Virus record (IMG/VR): IMGVR_UViG_3300029305_005185
Location: 96,001 to 160,000 of that record
Direction: 5' to 3' (one strand)
Length of the DNA: 64,000 bases
Source: a virus
Taxonomy: Duplodnaviria; Caudoviricetes
This document shows, one piece after another, positions 55,844-64,000 of the stretch; the stretch's first letter is position 1; each line of letters opens with the position of its first letter. The notes beneath the pieces are model-generated. The model had not been told where the DNA came from and did no database searches. It saw only the letters and a program-made list of their open reading frames with translations. The position numbers were made by a program, and so were the translations under genes.

Positions 55844-55992
55844 ATTTTTGACAAAAATGAAATTTTAATGTATAATATTAACATAAAGATAAGGAGTGGA
55901 ACTTATGACTATTGTTGATATTATACTTTTTTTGTTTATTATTTTAGGTATATGTTGGATAAACCGTTATGAAATTGAAAGGTGGCTTGTTA

Positions 55993-56445
55993 ATGTCAAA
56001 GATAGATTCCTTCACCGATAAATATGCTTTCATGAGTAATTTTTCTTATTCTCCTATGGAATTTGACGGCATTATAGTTCCCACGGCAGAACACGCTTTT
56101 CAAATGATGAAAGCAACGACACGCGAAATGATGGAGTTTGTTGCTCTTGCTCCGACTGCTTCGCAGGCTAAATCTCGCGGTCGCGGAGTAAAACTGCGTG
56201 GTGATTGGGAGCAGATTAAGTTTGATGTAATGTATCGTATTCAGCAAGAAAAATATAAGCAAAATCCTTACATCGCCGCCGCACTGATTGCTACTGGCGA
56301 CGCAGAACTTGAAGAAGGTAACTGGTGGCATGATAATACATGGGGAAACTGTAAGTGTGAACGGTGCCGCGACATTGAAGGACATAACATGCTTGGCAAT
56401 ATTTTGATGAAAGTGAGAAAAGAACTTTATGAAGAAAAAAATTAA
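55993..56445 (+). CDS. NADAR family protein
   Basis: FMSNFS, PTAEHAFQMMK, WEQIK..VM..K, EGNWWHD..WG, N.LG.ILM.VR; promoter 55848-55876. Confidence 0.9.
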   Translation: MSKIDSFTDKYAFMSNFSYSPMEFDGIIVPTAEHAFQMMKATTREMMEFVALAPTASQAKSRGRGVKLRGDWEQIKFDVMYRIQQEKYKQNPYIAAALIATGDAELEEGNWWHDNTWGNCKCERCRDIEGHNMLGNILMKVRKELYEEKN

Positions 56446-57003
56446 TTTTAATAATCTAACGCTTGAAGAAGCAAAGAATTATGCTTTTGAATCTATGTTT
56501 GTATCGGCTTTCAAATTTGATTATGGTGATACTTATACCATTGATAAATTTATTAAATTGGTAAAAGATACTTCTATTATGGATTACGATGGTATTGGTT
56601 ATGCAGCGTTTGAAATTGAAGGCCATCTTTATGAATTTAAAGAAATGGAAATTTATTGTGATGTAGACTGGCTTGAAAAAAAGAAAGAAATGGGTATTAC
56701 TCATATTAGATGGTATAACAAATGATTACAGTAATTAAAAATGGTAAAGCAAAACGTGTATGTTGTCCTCATTGTGAAAGTCTTTTAGAATATGAAGTTG
56801 GCGACTTAATGATGGGCGGCTCGGTTGGAAAATTTTATTATTATTTGCCTTGCCCCGTATGTGACGAAGAGATTGTTGGAGATTATTTTAAGGTATTGAT
56901 TGAATGCTCTTCTGGCAGAAAGAAAACTTATAAAAAATTAGGAAAAGAACAGTATACTTATGTAGATTTTGGCGAACCTCAACGGCTTGATAGACCATTA
57001 TAA
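56429..57003 (+). other. Two small hypothetical ORFs (56429-56725; zinc ribbon 56722-57003)
   Basis: ORF track; coupled; CPHC..CPVC. Confidence 0.6.
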
Positions 57004-57029
57004 ATAAATAAGAAAGGAAATAAAACAAA

Positions 57030-57485
57030 ATGACTCTTGAAATTCTACAGAATGAAATGATTACTGCCATGAAGAATGGCGACAAATTTACTAAGACTAC
57101 CATTAGTGGTCTTATTGCTCAGATTAAAAAGGCAGCAATTGATAAGGGCTGCCGCGATAACATTACCGAAGAGTTTGTAAATGCCGAACTTCTCAAAGCG
57201 AAGAAGCAGGCACAGGAAAGTATTGACGGCGCTGTCGCCGCTGGTCGTGAAAATTTGATTGAGGAATATTCAAAACAGTTTGATATTATCAATCTCTTTG
57301 CTCCTCAGTTGATTCAAACTATTGCTGATATTCATGAAATTATTGACGTCAAGTATGAAGGTCCCATTACTAAAAAGGACCTTATGAAGTGGCTAAATAC
57401 TAATTATCGCGGCCGCATGGATATGGGCGTCGCCGCGCGTGTAGTTGATGGTTTGGTGAAAGGAGCACAGCAGAGTTCGCTATGA
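57030..57485 (+). CDS. GatB/YqeY domain protein
   Basis: EMITAMKNGDK..I.G..A.IK...K..KQ.QESI.....GRE.L..E......I..FAPQL..MK. Confidence 0.85.
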   Translation: MTLEILQNEMITAMKNGDKFTKTTISGLIAQIKKAAIDKGCRDNITEEFVNAELLKAKKQAQESIDGAVAAGRENLIEEYSKQFDIINLFAPQLIQTIADIHEIIDVKYEGPITKKDLMKWLNTNYRGRMDMGVAARVVDGLVKGAQQSSL

Positions 57486-57847
57486 TGGAAGGTATTGAAA
57501 TTCTTTCGATTGGCTCTATTGGGATTAATCAGGTATTTAATTGGAATGCCGCAATTGCCGGCGGGCTTGTATTAGGATTTTTATGTAGTCTTTATGTTTT
57601 CTTTAGCACAGATAGCTTACTTGCTGGTATAACTGCTTTTATAATTTTGGGACTTTTCTTTGGTTTTATACTTGGTATCAGTGTAGAAAAATATGCTGAT
57701 ACTATGCCGACTTATAAAGTAACTGTTAATGATACAATTAGTATTAATGAATTTTATGAACGATATGAAGTCTTAGAACAAGATGGAAAAATCTTTACGA
57801 TTAAGGAAAAAACAGAAAATGGCAGTAACGGCTTACCCGCGTCGTGA
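57482..57847 (+). CDS. Membrane protein
   Basis: Two TM helices. Confidence 0.65.
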   Translation: MMEGIEILSIGSIGINQVFNWNAAIAGGLVLGFLCSLYVFFSTDSLLAGITAFIILGLFFGFILGISVEKYADTMPTYKVTVNDTISINEFYERYEVLEQDGKIFTIKEKTENGSNGLPAS

Positions 57848-58114
57848 TACGGAAGAAAATTGGATTAAAAATAATCCAATTTTAAAAAAGATGAAATTTG
57901 TGTAGTTTATACAGATTATACCGGTACCATGTATAAAAAAGGAAACGGTAATTCAAGATATACTGAGTTACCTTTCCTTCCTTTAGAAGAAGTGCTTGAA
58001 CATGGTATAATGTATTCTAATGGGATTACTGTTAAAGTTAGAGGTTTCTTTAATGAAAATGCAGGAGAACAAAATGAAGAACAAGTATATTGTCCGGGAG
58101 AATTCGTCTGGTAA
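57819..58114 (+). CDS. Stand-alone Mtd_N-like protein needing a -1 frameshift at A AAA AAG (57884-57890)
   Basis: RRDTEENWIKNNPILK in frame 0 continues as DEICVV..YKKGNGNSRYTELPF in frame -1. Confidence 0.6.
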
Positions 58115-58992
58115 GACACGAGAATTATTGGAGTTTGCGAAAGAAAATAATCTTATTGTTATTTGCCGCGACGCAATAGCAATGGAGCGTAAAGCGCAAG
58201 CATATGGAATTTATGGATTGAATTTCTTTTCTTATGAAGAAATGGCTCATTTGTATGATGAAAGATTAGAACTTAATGACTGTCCTTTCGTTGTAGATGA
58301 AGTAGAAAGTTTTCTTTCTTTCTTTTTTGATAATGATTGTCGTGGTTTTACACAGACAGTGGAGTAAATATGGAACCACTTTATAAAGGCTTTAAAGATT
58401 TTTTAGATTTTTATGTAAATTATGGTTGGAAGGAAAATAGCTCACAAGAAGAAAGGGATGCTTCTGACGCTATGAGCCGAGTTCATACTCATGTATGTTG
58501 GTTAAATCCAACTGAAACAACTTTATCACGTCGCACAAGACGACTTTGTAAGAAATTTTGTAAGAAAAATAACATTCCCAAAGAACCATATTTTCCAAAA
58601 GAATATTGTTGTGACCATTGCCCAAATCTTATAACTGTTTATAAAGATGGAGATACTTTTCTTTTTGGCTTTGGTAATTCTTGGGTTGCTGAAAAACAAG
58701 GTAAAATTGAAATTTAACGCTATGACTATCCATAGCGTTTTTATTTTTGACAAATATAAAATTTTATAGTATAATATATATGAAAGTGAGGGATAATATG
58801 AAAAAAGCTTATGTTGCTGTCAACTACCTTTTTACTGTTGAACCAAGCTATGTTGGATTAAACAATAACTGTTCCGAAGAAGAACTTTATACCGCGGCAA
58901 AAGAATATATAGAAAATACTGCATCTGGAATGGATTTTCTTCTTGGAATGGAACATAATGATTTAGAAGTTAATGTTATGGAGGAAGTATGA
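58056..58992 (+). other. Three hypothetical ORFs (first has a P-loop-like RENSSGKT)
   Basis: ORF track; promoter TTGACA 58747 / TATAAT 58770. Confidence 0.55.
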
Positions 58993-59402
58993 TTACAATT
59001 TTTATTATTACTGATAATGTTCGCCATTGGGCAGAAGATAAAGGTTATCCCAATGAGTGTATTAGACATACTCGCGAAAAGACTGTTGTTTGTATTGGCG
59101 ACGTTTAAATTATTATTGTAAATAAACTTCCTCTTACTCTAAGAGGATATAAGATAGACAAATGGATTATTGATAAACCAATTACACGAAGAGAACTTCA
59201 AGAAATTCAATGGTCTTTCAATCCTGCTCGTGTGATTGAAACTAAAAAGTTTGAATTTATCAATCCTCATCATACTTGTCTTGAATGGGATGGTTTTGAC
59301 GACCGCGGTTGGTATTGTAGTTCTTGCGATAAAGATTTTGGGCATGATAAACCTAATTATAAGTTTTGTCCTTATTGTGGAACGGAATGGGAGAATAATT
59401 AA
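58989..59402 (+). pseudogene. Zinc-ribbon ORF interrupted by an in-frame TAA (59106)
   Basis: SD GGAGG, coupled start; frame resumes after TAA to CSSC..CPYCG and TAA 59400. Confidence 0.5.
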
Positions 59403-60007
59403 TGAGTATGGGTTCTGAGTGGTTAGCCGACCACGCATATGAATTATATAATAGGTCATCAATTGATACATCTAAATGGAAAACCAAAGATGGACGTGTG
59501 CTAAATGTTTGTGATATGACGACAGAGCATATTAAAAATTGTATGAATATGGTTGGAAAAGAAAATCCGTATTGGTGGCCATTTGCAAAAGAATTACTGA
59601 AACGAGTTGGAGTAAAAGTATGAGTAAATATATAGATTTAGAACCAATTCTTCATGTGCCAAATATTCGTAAGGTTTATGAGTATGATGAAACAGGTGAA
59701 TATATTACTTATCTCGCTGTTCCGCTTGAAGTATTGGAAAACGCGGTAGAACATAAAGGTTTTTGGAGCAGTGAATGCGAACCATATTATACTTGTTCGT
59801 CTTGTAAACATACTTTTAGTTTGTTCCAGGCGACGAAGTATTGTCCTAATTGTGGTGCAAAAATGGTATTTGGAGGAATATAAAATGCCTTGTATAATGC
59901 CCGAACAGCCCTATTGTCCTGCTTGTCATTATGGACTTATTGTTCCTGATGAAAACGATGATAGTTTTTGTGAGTGGATTTGTTTGTTAGAAGAAGAGGA
60001 TTGTTAA
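59402..60007 (+). other. Three small hypothetical/zinc-ribbon ORFs
   Basis: Coupled ORFs with CxxC motifs. Confidence 0.55.
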
Positions 60008-60060
60008 AAATTTAACAATTCATATATATTTTTGACTTTTTATAAAAAATCATATATAAT
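60001..60060 (+). promoter_or_regulatory. Rex-box-like palindrome TTGTTAAAAATTTAACAA plus SigA promoter
   Basis: Palindrome 60001-60018; TTGACT 60032, TATAAT 60055. Confidence 0.6.
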
Positions 60061-60093
60061 ATATATGTAAGTTGAAGGAAAGGTTGAAAAAAA

Positions 60094-60333
60094 ATGTTTC
60101 GCAATAGTGTTAAGAATGTTATTCAACTTTGGAAAGAGGATAGTCATCTTCATGAATCTGTAATGTATGATATAAATTATGATACCAAGAAAATTACTAT
60201 TTATACAACGCGACCGGGTTGGATGATTGGTATGGCGGGTACGCGAGTTAATGAATACACAGAAAAAATGAAGCAAGTTTGGCCTCTTTTTGAAGGTTTT
60301 CTTTTCAAAGAAGTTCAAGAGTGGGTGTATTAA
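60094..60333 (+). CDS. Stand-alone KH-like domain protein (ribosomal S3-type)
   Basis: ITIYTTRPGWMIGMAG resembles the S3 KH motif V.IHTARPG.VIG..G. Confidence 0.6.
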   Translation: MFRNSVKNVIQLWKEDSHLHESVMYDINYDTKKITIYTTRPGWMIGMAGTRVNEYTEKMKQVWPLFEGFLFKEVQEWVY

Positions 60334-60496
60334 ATGTTGACTTATGATTATATTCTTAATAGTATAGAAGAATACGCTGTCTATGATACAGTTGGCAAGA
60401 AAATTGCCTCTTGGAAAGTTGAAGATACGGCACAATCAACTTATATCAACTGTCGTAATTGTGGCGCTCCCGTGAAAGGATATAAGTGTAAATACT

Positions 60497-60937
60497 GTGG
60501 TACAAAATATTGATGTTTATTGGGATTATGAACTTGATGAATTATATACTTTAATTCCAATTGAAAATCAAACACTTCGTTTGGGTATTCAACTTATGGA
60601 AGAAACCTATGAAACAGTTTATGGAAATATTTATATTTCCGTATATAATAAACGCAAGCACCGCGACTACAATGAAGATAATATCTTATGGACTGGTCGC
60701 AATCCAATTCAAACTGTTTTTTATGGCATGCGAGCTTTTAAAGAACTTGAAAAGACGGCATTAGAAAAATGGAATCAAACTTATAAAGTTATTCTTTTTT
60801 GTGATTGGTTGGATAAACGCCGGCGTGATGTTTATTATAAGTTTCTTTCAAGACGAGGATATCGCTATGATAGACTTGGAGGAAAGAAAGTAATTATGAA
60901 AGTGTGGAAGAAGGGTGAGTATAAAACTGTGGATTGA
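60497..60937 (+). CDS. Hypothetical protein
   Basis: ORF track; start uncertain. Confidence 0.5.
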   Translation: MVQNIDVYWDYELDELYTLIPIENQTLRLGIQLMEETYETVYGNIYISVYNKRKHRDYNEDNILWTGRNPIQTVFYGMRAFKELEKTALEKWNQTYKVILFCDWLDKRRRDVYYKFLSRRGYRYDRLGGKKVIMKVWKKGEYKTVD

Positions 60938-61235
60938 TGATGTCCGTCCCGCCCCAGAGGGTTATTTCTGGGCTAGAAGCGTCAATGATGCTAAACATTA
61001 CCTTGAGTGGTGGGAAAAACATTGCCGTATAAGTATTGAGCAAGAAGGCATATTTCTTGATATTGACCATGACGCCGGTGATTTCGCTCGCGATGGCGGT
61101 GACTATATCAAACTTCTTGACTGGCTTGAAGAAACTGGTCGCAACTATCCTATCCGAATTCACAGTATGAATCCCGTCGGCGTTGCCAATATGCGTCGTA
61201 TTATTGAGCGGAATGGTTGGAAGGAGATTAAATAA
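60915..61235 (+). CDS. Cyclic-phosphate-processing receiver-like domain protein
   Basis: LWIDDVRPAP, IDHDAG, IHSMNPVG..NM. Confidence 0.75.
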   Translation: MSIKLWIDDVRPAPEGYFWARSVNDAKHYLEWWEKHCRISIEQEGIFLDIDHDAGDFARDGGDYIKLLDWLEETGRNYPIRIHSMNPVGVANMRRIIERNGWKEIK

Positions 61236-61440
61236 TGGAAGCGAAAATTAAATTAATTATTAGTCAAGATGAATTTGACGAATATTGTAAAGGATATCAT
61301 GAACTTAATGACAATCTCCCGACTTTAAAGCAGGTAAAAGAAGTTTTTATTGATTGGTTTATGTCTAATAAAAACGATTATATCAATAGTCATTGTGGTA
61401 TTGATATTGTTCTTGAAATAAATAATAAGGAAGTATTGTT

Positions 61441-61731
61441 ATGAAAAAGAAAATTGCTTTGATTTTGGTTCTTTGCGTTATGGCTACTATGCTGTGTAGT
61501 TGTTCTTCTACTTCCTATGATGAAGCAAAGACTTCCGATACGTATGCTTTTAGTAATGGATATTTTACTGTTATTAAAGAATGGGATGGAGGAGTAAATT
61601 CTCCTCTTGAACGAATCGTTTATGCTAATGATACTGGCGTAATGTATTATACATATGCTTATGGTCATCGCGGCGGTATCACTCCTCTTTATAACGCCGA
61701 TGGCACTTTACAGATTTATGAGGGTAAGTAA
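61441..61731 (+). CDS. Lipoprotein
   Basis: Signal peptide with LCSC lipobox; DTGVMYY, GITPLYNADG. Confidence 0.7.
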   Translation: MKKKIALILVLCVMATMLCSCSSTSYDEAKTSDTYAFSNGYFTVIKEWDGGVNSPLERIVYANDTGVMYYTYAYGHRGGITPLYNADGTLQIYEGK

Positions 61732-61920
61732 ATGGTAGTTGGAATGTTAGTTATGGTACTTGGAGCGATTGGAATGTTTTATTCTTATTTCAATCCTTCA
61801 AATTGGCTTATTGCCATCTCCGCTTCTGCAATTGGTATAGGTTTCGGCGGTGCGATGGATAGTTATAGCCAGCTTATACAAAGAATTGAAAGATTAGAAA
61901 AGAAAGAAGGAAAATAAATT

Positions 61921-63327
61921 ATGGCATACTCTGGTTATATTACTCGTCTTAAGAACGTACATAAGCATCCCAATGCCGACCGTCTTCTGCTTGCCGAATG
62001 CTTTGGCAACCAGGTAATCGTATCTACCGATTATACCGAAGGTCAGCTTGGTGTATATTTCCCCTCTGATGGTCAGCTGTGTCAGGAATATTGTGAAATT
62101 AATAACCTTTTGCGTAAGAAGGATGAGAATGGCAACAACATTGGTGGTTATATGGACGAACGCCGTCGTGTTACTGCCGTAAAGCTTCGTGGCGAAAAGT
62201 CCGATGGTTTGTTCATGCCCTTGACCTCTCTTGCTAATTTCACTACTGTGTCTGACCTAAAGGAAGGCGACACTATTACTGTATTGAATGGTGTAGAGAT
62301 TTGTAAGAAGTATATTCCTCCCCGTAAGTCTGGTTCTTGGCATGGTACTGGCAAGTCTGGTAAGGCAAAGGCAAATTTCGCTCCTACTTTTGTAGAGCAT
62401 GTTGATACTGAGCAGTTGGCTTATCACCTCAATGATTTCCGTGCCGGCAATGTGGTTGAACTTACTTTGAAGATGCATGGCACTTCGGCTCGTACTGGCT
62501 ACCTGCCTCTTGTGCATGAAAAGAAGCGTACCTTGTGGCAGAAGATTATGCGTAAGCCCGCTTATACCTATATGGAATATGGCTATGTAACTGGTACTCG
62601 TCGTGTTGTACTTGACGATAAGCATGATGGTGGTTTCTATTCTGACAATCAGTTCCGTCATGAAATGGCAAAGAAGTTTGAAGGTAAGCTTCATAAGGGT
62701 GAAACCGTTTATTATGAAATTGTTGGCTTTGTAAATGAATCTACTCCTATCATGTCCTCTTGTGATAACAAGAAGATTAAGGATAAGGAGTTCGTGAAGC
62801 AGTATGGTGATACTACTGTGTTCTCTTATGGTTGCGACCCCAATGGCGGTTGGGAAGAAGAACATTATTGCTCTGTCCCTGATGTACTGGATTTTGATAA
62901 GATTATCGCGCCCAAGTGCGAAGTTTATGTATACCGCATGACTATGTCTAACGATGAAGGCGACGTTGTAGAAATGTCTCCTGAACAGATGCGTCTGCGT
63001 TGCGAACAGATGGGTGTAAAGTACGTGCCGGTGTTTGAAACCTTCATGATTCCTGAAATGGGCGTAGATGTAAATGGTGATGGCGAAGCCGATACCCATG
63101 TTATCTCTCCCGGCGAATATGTCCTGCGTAAGGTAGAGGAATACTTTGACGGTCCTGACCCGATTGGTAAGACTCATATTCGTGAAGGTGTAGTCGCTCG
63201 CGTTGTAAATCGTCCGAATATTACTGTGTATAAGCACAAGAACTTTAACTTCAAGGTGCTTGAAGGCATTATCAAGGATAGTGCTGATGCGCCCGATATG
63301 GAAGAAGCCCAGGAGGCAGAGAATTAA
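61921..63327 (+). CDS. RNA ligase (Rnl2-like, N-terminal OB fold)
   Basis: HPNADRL; TLKMHGTS (motif I); YYEIVG; REGVV; YKHKN. Confidence 0.85.
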   Translation: MAYSGYITRLKNVHKHPNADRLLLAECFGNQVIVSTDYTEGQLGVYFPSDGQLCQEYCEINNLLRKKDENGNNIGGYMDERRRVTAVKLRGEKSDGLFMPLTSLANFTTVSDLKEGDTITVLNGVEICKKYIPPRKSGSWHGTGKSGKAKANFAPTFVEHVDTEQLAYHLNDFRAGNVVELTLKMHGTSARTGYLPLVHEKKRTLWQKIMRKPAYTYMEYGYVTGTRRVVLDDKHDGGFYSDNQFRHEMAKKFEGKLHKGETVYYEIVGFVNESTPIMSSCDNKKIKDKEFVKQYGDTTVFSYGCDPNGGWEEEHYCSVPDVLDFDKIIAPKCEVYVYRMTMSNDEGDVVEMSPEQMRLRCEQMGVKYVPVFETFMIPEMGVDVNGDGEADTHVISPGEYVLRKVEEYFDGPDPIGKTHIREGVVARVVNRPNITVYKHKNFNFKVLEGIIKDSADAPDMEEAQEAEN

Positions 63328-63420
63328 CTCTGCCTTTTGGCAAATTTTTTGGGAATTTTTTATTGGTATTTTTAAGTGTTTGTTTACTTATTTTTAGAAA
63401 GGATATAATTAAATTATATT

Positions 63421-64000
63421 ATGATTGAAGTTGGTAAAACTTATAATGCTTGGACTGTGATTGAAGATTTGGGAACTAAACCTACTGGAAAGAGTGGCGC
63501 AAAAAGACATTTTTATCTTTGTGAGTGTGTTTGTGGAACGCGAAAAGAAGTACGTAGCGATAATCTATCAAGTGGTCATAGTAATGGTTGCGGTTGTTTA
63601 AGAAAGAAATTAACGCCAGAAACGTGGAAACAAAAAGATGCGAGTGATAAAAGTTATAAACCTCGTCATGGAGAAAGTATTATTGGCAAAACTTTTGGTG
63701 ATTTATATGTAATGGAATTTGACCATACAGATACTGGTTTAAAGCAATGGTTTAAATGTAAGTGTTCTTGCGGAAATGAAGTTCTTAAAAGAGGAGATTA
63801 TCTAAGAGTTAATGGCGTTATTGCTTGTGACGAATGTATTCATTCTATTTCTTATGGAGAGTTAGCCGTAAGAAAGAAACTTCAAGATAAAAAAGTTCTT
63901 TTTAAAGAACAGGTAACATTTGACAATCTTGTTGGTTATACTGGTTCTAAATTACGTTTTGATTTTGTAATTTATAATAAAAATAATACTCCCATTGCAG
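63421..64000 (+). CDS. Partial homing-endonuclease-like protein (Cys-rich repeats plus nuclease domain)
   Basis: CECVCG..GCGC, CKCSCG, SYGE...EQVTF..LRFDF; runs off the window. Confidence 0.7.
   Translation, partial: MIEVGKTYNAWTVIEDLGTKPTGKSGAKRHFYLCECVCGTRKEVRSDNLSSGHSNGCGCLRKKLTPETWKQKDASDKSYKPRHGESIIGKTFGDLYVMEFDHTDTGLKQWFKCKCSCGNEVLKRGDYLRVNGVIACDECIHSISYGELAVRKKLQDKKVLFKEQVTFDNLVGYTGSKLRFDFVIYNKNNTPIA

Noticed and set aside
896-63237. Long antisense ORFs (e.g. 896-1549, 1587-2228, 3454-4083, 43886-44542, 62257-63237)
   Set aside because: Shadows of strongly codon-biased sense genes; no SD or protein motifs.

Overview
64 kb of a large, AT-rich lytic-type phage genome. The host is most likely a Bacillota/Clostridia species, judged from perfect TTGACA-17-TATAAT promoters, GGAGG SD sites, SpoIID/CotH-type domains and Rex-like boxes. 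The phage reads TAG as Gln (genetic code 15). By hand count about 50 in-frame TAGs interrupt 18 otherwise intact genes, mostly virion and lysis genes, but also a replication initiator and a DegT aminotransferase. Several fall on family-conserved Gln positions. A CUA-anticodon suppressor tRNA is encoded at 54928-55018, with a tRNA-Trp-like body and an unusually long variable arm. It lies behind a promoter, a 20-aa ORF and a terminator-like hairpin, and next to a ~630-nt ROOL-like RNA. Layout: (1) 0-4.7 kb, one-promoter cassettes separated by seven identical 19-bp palindromes; (2) 5-7.5 kb, replication initiator and origin-like DNA; (3) 8-26.6 kb, recoded tail/fibre module with a 2307-aa CotH-kinase/LRR/lectin-like protein; (4) 26.7-45.9 kb, early genes almost free of TAG (FolD, PNK, phosphoesterases, Thg1, HNH, vWA-PurA-like, deaminase, R-M-like pair); (5) 45.9-54.4 kb, a partly recoded minus-strand cluster, lysis genes and two more fibres; (6) 54.4-55.9 kb, ncRNA island; (7) 56-64 kb, early genes (NADAR, YqeY, RNA ligase). 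All domain calls come from motif recognition by eye, not database searches.
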